This document shows positions 1 to 12,550 of a stretch of DNA of 64,000 nt, in pieces. A program made the translations under genes and the position numbers. The notes beneath the pieces are model-generated. The model worked only from the letters and a program-made list of their open reading frames with translations, was not told the DNA's origin and ran no database searches. The DNA lies in contig NIVC01001162.1 of the NCBI GenBank assembly GCA_002269645.1, positions 54,437-118,436 on the forward strand, given 5' to 3'. The DNA comes from Macrostomum lignano. Its lineage: Eukaryota. How positions within the stretch are numbered: the stretch's first letter is position 1; every line of letters starts with the position of its first letter.

Positions 1-640
1 ACACTGCAGCAACTGCTAGATCTCATTTTGGTAGTGGGCTACAGAAGCAAAGCAGGGTAAATGTCAACAACAATGCAACATTGGTCATAATGCTATTATT
101 GACTGGCAAAACTTCATCAGGGACATTTGTTCTCAGTACCTGATTGACTATCCACTGGAACTAGGTGGTCCTGGTAGAGATGTAGAGATAGACAAATCCT
201 ATTTCTTTCATCGAAAGTAACACCAAGGTGCCCACTAGCCTAGACAGTAAGTACTAGGCAAGGTTGAATGTGGTGCCAGGAAGTGTATGATGATGGCTGT
301 TCCTAACCGCACCATTGCAATGCTGCTACCTTTGATTCAATGCCATATTCTCCCTAGTATATGTGTGATTACTGATGGATAGCAAGCATATATATAGCTC
401 CAGAATCATGCTGTTGTCAACCACCAGCTCTCATTTGTCAATCCTCAAGACCCAACTGTGCACACAAACCTCATCAAGGGGACATAGGTGCACTGTAAGG
501 CAAAGTTCAGAGCTATGCATGGTATAAGCCAGGCCCTCTTTGAGTCACATCTCAAGGAATTCATGTGGCAGAAGATTCACCCACAGAATACCTTTGGCAA
601 TGACGCAACGTACTCTTTTGGATTGCCCACTATTACCCCT
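1..640 (+). mobile_element. Merlin/IS1595(ISXO2)-like DDE transposase pseudogene, copy 1 (heavily mutated)
   Basis: Manual translation gives AIIDWQNFIRDIC..LGGPGRDVEIDKSYFFHRK*..ITDG*QAY..VNHQLSFVNP..HTNLIKGT*..HLKEFMWQK, the motif order of eukaryotic Merlin transposases. At least 6 in-frame stops. Confidence 0.8.
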
Positions 641-2859
641 ATAAACCAAACTTCAAAGTTTTGACTTTTGAACTTCATCATGTTTTCTAGTGATATCCCT
701 GCAGTTTTAACCATAGACAGTTGCTAAAAGACAGTTGTTGCTTCACTTTCTTACATGCCTTGGCGCAATTTCAATTTCATACTTTTTTAAATGCTACAAA
801 AGTTTCCACAATATACTATTATCGTTTTTGTCATTTTTAAGTTAGTACTGTTTGTTTTCAAATGAAAAATTAATTTAATAAATGAAAGAAGAAAATTGCC
901 AATCTCAATTCTATTTGTATTAGATAGCTATTTGGCTATAGCCAGGATTTTTAGGGCTTAACTTTAGTCAATGTGTCTTTTATTAAATTTACTATAATGA
1001 TGTATTATTAAAGACAAAGTATTCTAGTTTGTAAAACAGCTTTTTACCAAATTTTATTATACAAAATTTTTGGGAAATATATTTTATATATTTTGTTTTT
1101 TGACTTTTGATAGTGTTAATAAATAGGCCTCTAGGCCTAGTATAATACAAATGGTTTTATTAATGAAAGTAGAACCTCTAAAATGATAAAATTATTCTAT
1201 AAGTTCTTTAGTTGATAATGATTTTCAAGAAGGTCTATACCTTCTTGTCTAATAATATTTATAGAGTCAGACTCATATTTAGTCTACCAATTAGTCATTA
1301 GTATGTCTGAAAATTCTTAAGTCTATATATATCAAGTTATAGCACTAAGAGCTTTAAATAATACAATTAAGTTAGATCTATATGTGAACTAGGATGGAAT
1401 TTTTGTACAAAATCCTAGATGCATTCTATGTTATAATAGGGATTACTTTTGCCTTCTAGAATATTTCCACTGATATTACCAAAAGCTGTAATAGGGCTGT
1501 CTCCTGTACTATAGCAAATCCTACCATTATGGCACTAGAAGCTGTCTCAGGGCTAATTTCTATCCTCTGAGATGATCTTGCTGCTGTTACCAAAATTGTT
1601 AAAAGGCCAAAGTTCTTTTTTTTAATCTCAATTGCTGCCACCAAATGTTATTCTATTAGTTCCTAATGCTTATACTTTTACAGATGTTGCATGAATGTAG
1701 GCCTACTTCTAGTAGTGTATACATTCGTCTACTAGTAGTGCATGTATTTATCTACTAGACTGAATGGTTCTATGGCACTTTCTATCCTATTCCTATTTTA
1801 TTTCGATAAAGGGTTCTTCTCTCAGTCCTGGGCATTCCCAAGATCAGAGGGTCACAGCTTATAAGCATTTTATTACCATGAGGCGATTTTAATACTCTAT
1901 GGTGATTTATTGCTCTAAGGTAATCTTTCTTAGGCTACTGAGTAATTCTCACTTTTAGCAGTTCTTAATTCTCCAGAATTGGGGTTTTTCATCCTATAGA
2001 AATTAATAAACCAAATCAAACTTACTAAGCAACTTTCAGGATTATTAGAAATGTTTATAAGTAAGAGCAAGCTTGCAAAAGGATACCTTTCTTGGCTTTC
2101 TTGGGCCTTCTATCCTAGTTAGGCCTACAATAAAGCAAAGTTATTGCATTTAAAAGCAAAGCCACTAAGCATTACATTTACATTAAAAGAGAATTAGAAA
2201 ACTGATCTTTAGGTATTTATTTGAACTATATTAATCTTAAAAGTGGGCTTATCCAAAATAATAAATATTTAAATATTAATCATGATGTAGTGCTCTTTTT
2301 ATAATAATATAGTGCTTGTTTTATAATAATTTTTTTTCTTGTATATTCTTTTTCTACAATTAAAACTTATTCTTTCTTAGAAAATACTGCATTTGAATTT
2401 TTGAACTTTAAGCTATAATACTTAAAGCTATTAGCCAAGGTTAATAGCCAACAAGAAATAAGAAAATAGCAATTTTAAGCAAAAATTAAATATATTTCTG
2501 TTTTTGATTTCTAATAAATGTTTTCCAATTACCAATAGTTTTTTCTTTTACTTTTATAACAAAAATGTTTTGAACCAAATTCTTGACTTTTTTGTATTGG
2601 TCCTGGGCCATGTTTTTGGCCTAGATTCTTGACCTTTTTGGGCCTCGGGGGGGGGGGGGCTACAGCAGCCCAAGCCAAAAATTAGCCTAATTACCATGAG
2701 GCTTTATTTATATGTATAGCAATTTTAGTCTACTTAATTCGTTGATTGAAAGTGCATTTCATCCCATTAATATCAGTTGGGTAATCAGCAAGAACTATGA
2801 GTAGCACTATGACTTTGATAATGCCTCGTCATCTAATTAGTCTACACCCATGCCGCCAG

Positions 2860-3455
2860 GAAATGACGAGCTCTCGCAGGCCTTCGCCGAAGCTGTCGCC
2901 GAAGACAGCAACTGGCGATTCCTCAAAGTTGTGATTCGCGATGAGTCCCTAGAGCTGGAGACCCGCGCACAGGTCAGGCCCGGCGCCACCTGGCGTGATC
3001 AGTTCGACGAGTGCTTGACTCCGCACCTGGTCAAAGGCGGCGCCTGCTACCTGTTCTACAGATTGGACTCGACAAACTCGTATGGCTACCAGTGGCTGTT
3101 CATGCAGTACGTGCACGACTCCGCCCCGATCAGGGCCAAGATGCTGTACAGCGCCACCGCCGCCACCGTCAAGCGGGCATTTGGCGGCGAGCACCTGGCC
3201 TCGGAAGGCACCCTGACCGGCACCCAGCCTGAGGATCTCTGCCTGAGCGGCTACGATCGCCACTTGGCCTCCGCTAGCGCGCCGCCGCCGCTCACCCAGG
3301 CCGAAGAGGAGCGGGCCATGGTGCGCGAGATGGAGCGGGTGCAGGCCGGCATCGACGAGCGCCAGCAGACCCTGGCCGGCGTCGGGTTCAATGTGTCGGA
3401 CGAGGCCGCCGATGCTCTGCGACAATTCGCCGCCGGCAAGCTCGACTATGTGCAG
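2860..3455 (+). CDS. TWF: Twinfilin, internal exon (ADF-H domain 1 and linker)
   Basis: CYLFYRLDSTNSYGYQWLFMQYVHDSAPIRAKMLYSATAATVKRAFGG matches the twinfilin ADF-H1 pattern. Acceptor ccgccag|GA (phase 1); donor CAG|gtgggt at 3456. The short first coding exon was not found in the window. Confidence 0.9.
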
Positions 3456-3520
3456 GTGGGTGTGCGGTCTGCGACAGCGTTCTCGCGGAAATGCGTTATG
3501 GACTATTAGAAATTCAGATT

Positions 3521-4850
3521 TCCTAGGAGAGAGTGAGATTTCCAGGGTGAGAGTGAGATTTCCTTAGTGAGAGTAAGATTTCCTAGGTGAGGGTGAGATT
3601 TCCTAGGTGAGGGTGAGATTTCCTAGGTGAGGGTGAGATTTACTGGATGAGAGAGAGAATGTAGAGAGTGCTATTTCCTAGATGAAAGAGAGATTTCCCA
3701 GTGAAGGGAGAGATTTCCTAGCAGAGTGTCTGAGAGAGAGATTCCCTAGGAGAGAGTGAGATTTCCTAGTGGAAGGAGAAATTTCCTGTGAGAATGAGAT
3801 TCCCTAGGGGATAGTGAGATTTTCTAAGTGAGAGTGATCTTTCTTAGTGGAGAGAGAGATTTCCTAGGGGAGAGAAACTTCCTTGTATCTAAAAATTATG
3901 CATTTTAGCATGAGGAGTTACAGTTTAAGAGAGATTTCCTAGGTAAGAGTGGGATTTCCTATGTTAGGGTTTCCCCAAGTGAGAGTGGAATTTCCTATGT
4001 TAGGGTTCCCTCAGGTGAGAGTGGGATTTCCTATGTTAGGGTTTCCCCAGGTGAGAGTGGGATTTCTTATGTTAGGGTTTCCCCAGGTGAGAGTGGGATT
4101 TCCTATGTTAGGGTTCCCTCAGGTGAGAGTGGGATTTCCTATGTTAGGGTTCCCTCAGGTGAGAGTGGGATTTCCTATGTTAGGGTTCCCTCAGTGAGAG
4201 TGGATTTCCTATGTTAGGGTTCCCTCAGGTGAGAGTGGGATTTCCTATGTTAGGGTTCCCTCAGGTGAGAGTGGGATTTCCTATGTTAGGGTTCCCTCAG
4301 GTGAGAGTGGGATTTCCTATGTTAGGGTTCCCTCAGGTGAGAGTGGGATTTCCTATGTTAGGGTTCCCTCAGGTGAGAGTGGATTTCCTATGTTAGGGTT
4401 CCCTCAGGTGAGAGTGGGATTTCCTATGTTAGGGTTCCCTCGGGTGAGAGTGGGATTTCCTATGTTAGGGTTTCGCCAGGTGAGAGTGGGATTTCCTATG
4501 TTAGGATTCCCTAGGGTGAGCGTGGGATTTCCTATGTTAGGGTTTCCCCAGGTGAGAGTGGGATTTCCTATGTTAGGGTTCCCCAGGTGAGAGTGGGATT
4601 TCCTATGTTAGGGTTCCTCGGTGAGAGTGGGATTTCCTATGTTAGGGTTTCCTCGGGTGAGAGTGGGATTTCCTATGTTAGGGTTTCCTCGGGTGAGAGT
4701 GGGATTTCCTATGTTAGGGTTCCCTCAGGTGAGAGTGGGATTTCCTATGTTAGGGTTTCCCAGGTGAGAGTGGGATTTCCTGTTAGGGTTCCCTCAGGTG
4801 AGAGTGGGATTTCCTATGTTAGGGTTCCCCAGGTAAGAGTTGGATTACCT
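3521..4850. repeat. Twinfilin intron minisatellite: degenerate lead-in (3521-3940), then about 25 copies of a 36-bp unit GTGAGAGTGGGATTTCCTATGTTAGGGTTCCCTCAG
   Basis: Direct tandem repeat; the ORF track shows the 12-aa period VRVGFPMLGFPQ. Confidence 0.95.
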
Positions 4851-4954
4851 ATCTTAATCTTTCCTTGGTGAGATTTTCAAGCCTAAAAATCCCAATTTGA
4901 TAACTAAGCTGGAAACACAAATAAGTATCCCACCTGTCCTACTGAAAACCGCAG

Positions 4955-5359
4955 GTGAGCATCTCCCTGCGCCCAGTGGAGGAGCTGCGCTGTCCGGACC
5001 GGGCGGAGCGGCTGGCTGGCGACCAGCTTGGCAGCCGGGTGCCCGAGGACAGCCCCCGCTATCACCTGTTCCGCTATCGGCACCGGCACGAGGGCGCGAG
5101 CCTGGCCCCGGTGCTGTTCGCCTACTCAATGCCCGGCTACAAGTGCCCGATTAAGGAGCGCATGGTGTACTCTAGCGGCAGGGCGTTCTTTCTACAGCAA
5201 TGCTCGCAGTTTGGCATCGAGCCAGATCGCCGGCTAGAGGTGGACAGCGCCAGTGAGCTATCCGAGTCCGCTTTGCAAACGGAATTCCACCCGCCGCAGG
5301 TGGACTCCGGCCAGAAGTTTGGCAAGCCGAAACCGCCGGGTCGTCGCGGCGGAAAGTAG
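4955..5359 (+). CDS. TWF: Twinfilin, last exon (ADF-H domain 2 and capping-protein-binding tail)
   Basis: Acceptor aaaaccgcag|GTG in phase 0. RVPEDSPRYHLFRYRHRHEG..YSMPGYKCPIKERMVYSS..KFGKPKPPGRRGGK*. Confidence 0.92.
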   Translation: MSISLRPVEELRCPDRAERLAGDQLGSRVPEDSPRYHLFRYRHRHEGASLAPVLFAYSMPGYKCPIKERMVYSSGRAFFLQQCSQFGIEPDRRLEVDSASELSESALQTEFHPPQVDSGQKFGKPKPPGRRGGK

Positions 5360-5929
5360 CCGGTTAATGTGTTAATACGAACTGTGTAGATGGGTTGCTG
5401 TCTAATTGCTAGTTTAGTCTTCGTATTTCATTTTATTATGGAAATTAAAGTTAAACTAAGTGTACGTTTTATTGATGATGTGCTAGGGTTGGCTACTCGC
5501 AAGTAGTCACAGTTGGACAGGCTCCAGGTATTGAAGCAGAAAATTGCTTAAGCATATGTTCGTAAGCACAGTAAAACAAGACCGATGATCTACGATTGTG
5601 TAAGCCAGGAAATTTTTCTTGCTTTATTCAATGGTCACTAGGCTAGTCCAAGAAAATAACATCCATATAAAATACTTCATGATTGATGAATTAAAATGAC
5701 AGCTAATATAATTATATCTAGCATTGTCCTTAAACCATACATTGAAAACTACAGAATGTGGCACATTTTATTATAATGAGCGTATGTTAAATACTCTACT
5801 TATAGTAAAAAATTAGAAAAATACTGAAAATAATAAAAAACAAGGCAAATGTTTGTAGCATTAGCAGTATACTGTATACTCTACTGCTAGTAGAATATTT
5901 GCTTTTTATAGTTGATATCGTCACGACAC

Positions 5930-6620
5930 AAGTATCAGAGCCTAGCTTAAACCGTAATAATAGCTTTCTAATTTAAATTTGTTAATAAATTGTCTCGCGG
6001 CCAAAGCCCACCTTCCAGATTCTAATTATATTTTGCTCTGCCCGATGCTTTTCTGTTGTTTTTAGTTGCGTTTTGTTAAATCAAATCTATTTAATCTAGG
6101 CGATAAATTATTTCAGAGCAACTTGAGCGAGTTGGATGACGTTTTGTACGATAATTTTTAATATGTTATTATGCAAAAAGCTTTTGATTTCTAACTTAAC
6201 TGTTATTGGTAATATTTGTCTTTTTAGCTATTCCAGAAAATCGGGCACTGCAGAGTGCAGTTTTCCGTGCTGGCTTGCGACGCCTAATATTTAATTTTTG
6301 TTCATATTAAAACAATCCTTTTGTTTTCATTTATTCTTGATTTTCCTACAGTTAGCAAGTTTTCTGCTAAATCAATGCTAATTGCCTTCTCACACTACTT
6401 AATTATAAAATTATAGTTATTTGCGCTTCTTCGCACGCTATTATTAATTGCGGCCACTGTGGCGCACATGCATGATTCTTTTGCTTAACACAAATGATAG
6501 ATCTATATAAAATTCGACTTCCTGCAAACAATTCCCCTGTTCGCTCTGCATACATGTATCCAATTACTGCCTGGTTTACTGCCATTCCTTGGCTGTGTGT
6601 AGCTCGTAGTTTTGGCGTGT
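5930..6620. promoter_or_regulatory. CpG-retaining unique non-coding block, possible promoter or 5'UTR exon (perhaps of myosin XVIII)
   Basis: Keeps CpG unlike the neighbouring TE remnants, has no credible ORF, and resembles 48600-50400 upstream of TBL1. Inference only. Confidence 0.25.
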
Positions 6621-8715
6621 ATTCTAGAACATATTGTATTGTTGACACTAATTGTTTGGGGCTTTATTACGAGTACTATCAAAAATATTATTAAGCTCAT
6701 CATTAAAATAAAAAATCGTTAGATCTTTTAGTCTTTCGTTCTTTCTCAGATCTCTCCTTCCTGTTCCTTCCTTCCTTAAAGCTTAGCTTAACTGTAAAAT
6801 TGAATATCGGTAGATTTATAGCTATAGCTGTATAATGTTCAGTCGGCTGGCTTATACCTGTATGTATCCGATTTAGCATGTGTTTTGCGCATATAACGAG
6901 AGACATTACGTCAGAATTGTGTGTAGAAGTTATGACTGCTGTACAGTGGATTTATTTTGCTTGGTGGATTACGAAAGGGGATTGCACTTTCTTGGAATTA
7001 TTACGTTAGTAGCCAATATCAAATTACTAATCGTATATGTTCTGCTTAGAATCTCGATATCCAACTTTACTCTAATGGTTCGTTTTAATTCGTTAAAATA
7101 CGCATTTCCAACCACTATCCCAGGATTGAATTATCGGAATTGTAAAAATGTGTACATGTAGGGTTCAGGCTTCGTTTTGATTAAGTACATTGCGAATATA
7201 AATGGGCATGTACTAATTTGCGAGCTGTTAATGTGCTTTCAGTCACTAAATCTAAATATACTAAATCTCTAATATTTGTATGCTTGTCCATAACGCTATA
7301 GTTTTATACTAAACTCGTACTGTACGTCCGTGGCGCAGTCAGGATTTTTTTGGGCGGGGGTTTAGGAATAGGAGTGAGAAAAAGATAGTAAGTGTTTTTA
7401 AATTCACTTGTACAGTGCACTACAAACTACAGTATGCTTTTCTACATGTAGGTTTCAGGGGCTGCGCTTCTGTCGAATTTGCGCCTCCTTGCTTAACAAG
7501 AGGCCGAGAAAGCTGCTGCAACGTTATATCTACATACGTATTAGGAAAGAATTAGCCCCAGCTCTGCAGGATCTTTACTGTGCCCGTAGCTGGAATCCTC
7601 TTTGATGCAATGGTACACAGATACCCGCTTCTACTGTTTAAATAAATTACATCTGACCAAATTTATTTTTAACTAAGCCCAAAATTAATTAGAAAATGTA
7701 CCCGTATGTACAAAGCTATTCTACAAAAGGAGAAAAAATAGACGTAATAAAACAAATAACAACAATTATATTTAGCTGCATGTATGAACTGCAACAAATT
7801 GCAGAAACAAAACGAATTGCAGAAAAGTTCATGTTAGTTTTTAGTTATTGAAGACTGTCATAGTTACTTAATTTTATAGTTTTTTTAGTTTATTTTCCGT
7901 TTTGCAAAAAATTGGAATCGGCAATCGGGCAGGTCTGCTATGTCTTCAGTCTCAGGCTTAAGTTCAAAGATGCAAGCAACTTATGTAAAATATAACTTTA
8001 TTGGCTAATTATTTAGATAAGACAGTAAGAGAGAAATGGCAAGTCAAATGCGTAGCCCCATTTCTAGACTCTATAAAATATCTATAGGCCTTGTACTTTG
8101 TAGTTGTATTAAATATATTATAATATTTATATAAATTGGTAACAAACAATAAAGATATGTACATTTTAAGTGTAACAAAAAGGCCTATTGTATATATATC
8201 ACATATGTTTAAGTATGTTAGCCTAGTCACTTTGAAAAAATCTAGAGAAGTTCTAATATGATACAAATAAAAATATGATTGTTTTTAAAGCATTTAAACT
8301 TGAAGACAAAATGTTGACAACTAATTATGAATTGTGAATGTGGCCTATGAATTTATGATATAAATGAAAGTAAAGTTTTTTCCATCAGAATTGGTGTGCC
8401 AATATGTGATTTAGCACCTTGGATCTGGGTCTAAAACCACAATGCCAAGTTCAGGGGCATACCGCATAGGAAGCCCAAGGAAGGGGGGGGTAAAAGGGAT
8501 ATGATATATCCCCCCTGAATGAAGAGCCTAACCAAAACTTTTTTGTTGCCCTTTATTGCTATACATGCTACCATGTAACTCTGTCATAGCACTTTTACCT
8601 TAGTGTATCTCCCCCCATAGAAAATTCACCTTGGTGTATTTCCCTGTAAGAAATTCTGGCAATCTTTTAGTTTCGCACATTTAATTATTATAAAGCATTT
8701 TTAATTATTTTCAGC

Positions 8716-9006
8716 AAAGCAGGTATTTGCATTATCACCGATCAGTGGCAGGCATACAATCAACTGCCCAATCATTTGATGGTGAACCACCGGCTGCACA
8801 ACTTTGTGGACCCTAACCACCCAGAAGTCTGTACGAACGCAGTGGAGGGCACATGGGCCCACGCTAAGGCCCATTTCAGGGCCATGCATGGCATGTCCAA
8901 AGCCCTGTTTGACTCCCACTTGGACGAATTTCTCTGGCATCGCTGCCACCCGCGCAACACCTTTGGGAACATCCTTTTCTGGGTGGCGCACTATTATGCC
9001 GTCTGA
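8716..9006 (+). mobile_element. Merlin/IS1595-like transposase C-terminal fragment, copy 2
   Basis: ITDQWQAYNQL..VNHRLHNFVDPNHPEVCTNAVEGTWAHAK..HLDEFLW; aligns codon by codon with copy 1 (about 370-640). Confidence 0.8.
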
Positions 9007-10429
9007 GGCATAAAACATAAAACAAAACTGTCATTAACTGTCGTTTTAAAAACAAATTAAACGAATTAAATGTGTGAAACCAAATGATTGCCGAAATTCT
9101 TGGCTAGGTCTATGCCCCAGGGTAAGTTGAAATCCAAAATTTTAGGTAGGCCTAGCATTAATAAAAAAGTTCAAAATTAAGAAAATCTTTATCTTTAACA
9201 ATATAGTTTAACTTGCCCTTTCCCACATTGCTCTAATTTTACTTGAGCCTTTGATCTAGTCCTAAGTCCTAAATTACTAATGTACTATATGGCTAGGCCT
9301 AGGCCTATTCTATTAAATTCTATTTCATTTCAATCAACTATTAGATAATTTAATGTTATACTATTACAAGCTTTATTGGGTAATTCCATGAAAGGACAAA
9401 AGTCCTATCATATGCCTATTTTTAAAACTTTAAGCATTTATAACTCTTGAACCATAATGGCAATTCCATATAATTATAGTCATAACATGACAGACTATTT
9501 TTACTTATAAAATGATATCTAATCACAGAATAGGCCTATACTAAACCAATATTTTGAATAAAAAATTATTTTGTCAAGAATATGTTTATATAGTTTTATA
9601 TAGATATCATCATTAGTATAGATGCTATTAAACCTTGAATAGCACTTATGGTTGTAACAACAGGATTTTTGACATATAAAAACTAAAAGTTAAAAGTCTT
9701 ATAACATTTTTATTTTTGATATTTTGCAATACCTTTAAAAAAATTGACTAAGAACATCTTCAGAAATCATACTCTTTTATTAGAATATATAAACTCAAAA
9801 AGGCAACAAAGATACAAAATAAAAAGCAGCCTTATGGTCATAAAATTATGGTCGTAACATATTTTTTCTGTCAATTCAATAACTTTGAGGTACCAATATA
9901 CTAAAAATATAATAGATTATATGTAGGGGGTCCAGTGAGAAATTTTTTTTAAACTTAAATTTTTAACTATGCCATGTTGTAGCCCTGGATGTTATGAGTG
10001 AAATGACACTAGACTTTTGAAAATGGATCAAGTAATAAAAAAGTCATGAAGTTTTTCGTTTCAAAAAATGGTGTTTTTTTCTATCTCAAATACATGAAAA
10101 ACTATGCCATTTTTGAGCAAAAAGCATGTCTTTTGCAGTAAAATGTCTGTAACTTTTTTATTTCATAATTGATTTTAGTGTTTTAGGTGTTATTTTGTAG
10201 ATTTTAGTTACCATAACATTTTCTAATATTTTTGTACATATATACTGTTCTATAGAAGCAGATATCTGGGGATTAAGACAGAAAAGGAAAAGAAATTTTT
10301 TTTCTAGAGTACCACTTTTTGGCTTTATCATGGTATTCTTTCTATTAACCTTAATTTGTATTCCTTTCATGTTAAAGTAATACTTGTATACTATAATTAG
10401 TAAGATTTTTGACTTTCTACTGTAAGTAG

Positions 10430-11090
10430 TATGCAAAAAGTTGACCATTATTTCCATGAAAATGGGTCTTCTAAAGTACCACTCTGGTTGTCTAAAAATC
10501 GATGTAGCTCCTGACAATCTTTATCTTCTATCTTTATGCTGAAGTCATTAAAAACTTTTTTGTAGTCCATCTGACAATTGTAATGAATCAATGCTTTACT
10601 AAGTAATATGTTACTAAATCATGTACTTTCATGTTTGAAAAGGCCATGCCCGAATTCAGCAATTGAATCTACCTTTACAGTTTACCTGCATTATTTGATT
10701 CATTTACTTGTTCACTGTACACATCCACTTTTCAGCACAATAGCTTTCCGTTATAATCCAGTCAATTTGTCTGCTACCAATTCATCTGCAGTCAGCTCGT
10801 TAGCAAATATCTGAATGAGCATTTCGTCTGCTGTGCTGGTCTTCTCATTGTACTATGAGTCTACTACATTACTACAACTGTAGCTACTACAGTCAAGCCA
10901 GTCAGGCATGATTGAGACAATGTTACAGGGTGGGTTTCAGGGCTTTGACACAAATGTATAGGTCGCATCATCGGCAGTGTCAAGGGTGTCAGCTGCATCA
11001 GCTGGCAGGCAGTCAATAAAATGCAAGTGCGTGTCTTTCTTTCCAGTATTAAGGTGCCTACACTGTGGTGCAAAAAGGTCCAAAATAAGG
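10430..11090 (-). mobile_element. Degenerate coding-like remnant, probably a transposon ORF; family unresolved
   Basis: One minus-strand frame reads protein-like with scattered stops (..KAIVLKSGCVQ*..GLFKHEST*FSNILLSKALIHYNC..). Flanked by GGTCCA(A) sub-repeats at 11075-11210. Confidence 0.25.
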
Positions 11091-12550
11091 TCCACACAAG
11101 GTCCAAAATATAAGGTCTAAAGCGTCAATGAATTTGGACCTTTTTGACAAAAAGGTCCAAAAAGAAAGGTCCATTTTAAGGTCCAAAGACGTCTAATTTT
11201 AGGTCCAAATTATTATTCTTAAAATGTTATTTTAGAAACTTAGGCTGGCCCACTGCAGCTTATGCAACAATTGTTTCGACTGTGTCCTAATTGCACCAGC
11301 ACTATAAATGCATTCATTTGCTAAACAAATAACTGAAAGTGAGAAATGTCAGATGAAATATTTACTGCAGCTGTTTTTTTACTTGATATCGAAACTACCT
11401 GTGTGCAGTTGTACCTTGCACAAGTTAATGATATTAAAGTCATGTATTATCGAATAAAATATAAATATTTGACACTGTATAATTGAATAGCAGATAATAG
11501 AAGATATATTGAAAGAGTAAATAAATTAGCAGAAGTTTTGCTAATTAGCAAAACATTTCTTCACATTTCTTCTTTCATTACTTCACAACCCAGGCCAGAA
11601 CCTTCACAGCCCCGATCTAAAACCTTTACAACCCTCGAACCAGAACTTTCACAACCCCTGAATCAGAACCTTCGCAACCCGGCCTTCAAACCCAGAAGCT
11701 TCACTCAATTCTACACATTATCAACACAAAAATTCTACACCAAACAAGTAAATAAATAAATAACACTATAAACATGAATCAGATGAAGTGACAGGGTGCT
11801 AACATATACATAGAGTAGAGAGAAAAAGCCTTGCATGACTTAACAAGCAAAAACAGACTGTGCAACTGCAGCAAGCATTTATAATTTTTTTTATGATTAA
11901 ATATTTCAATGTTTAGATTGAACACTTGCTGTAGGCGCCAGAACCAAATTAATTTATTGGACTAGAAATCAGAGGAGCATCACAGTGGTTCCAGAGTGGT
12001 CCTAGTCAATCAATGGTACTAAACTTTTTCAGCTTCAGAATTTTTTTCGGGTAATGGAATTTTTTTGGGCCATGTTACTTGACTAAGCAAAATCAAGACA
12101 AGTATATTTTGTCAAATGAAATTTCAAGCTTATGTTGTCAAGTCCATGGCAAAGTACTTTCAACATTTGATACTAGCTTGTATGTTGTACTTTAGAGGCG
12201 ATTCTAAGGTTGGTTTAGGGGCAATTCTAAGAGCAGCTTAGGGGTGGAAGGGTGATTCTAAGGGCAATTTAAAAAAACTTGTTTATATTTTTGGCCCAAA
12301 TTTTCAAGTTCACAAAATTTGGGCCATGCCTTAGAAATTAGCTTTCGGGCCACCTCCAGCTAATTTTGGGCTTCGCCCGAATTCGGGCCACGATGGAAGC
12401 ACTGTAAGTTTCCAAACCAACCAACCAATTTTAATATAAATATTTGACACAGGATAATTGATACAATGGAAGAGTTGAATTGGAATTGATGAATTCAACC
12501 CCAAATAAGAAAAAGTTTTGAAAACCAAGTTTCTATGTACACAAAGTATT

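Noticed and set aside
2850-2859. ATG at 2850 as the twinfilin start
   Set aside because: The conserved MSHQTGI-type N-terminus is missing and a phase-1 acceptor sits at 2859, so the true first exon is probably upstream of the window.
3949-4845. NF-kB site array (GGGATTTCC)
   Set aside because: A 9-bp match inside a tandem unit with no independent support; covered under the shared-core finding.
1-9006. Bacterial IS1595 contamination or recent horizontal transfer
   Set aside because: The motifs fit eukaryotic Merlin elements, which are decayed and embedded among host genes.
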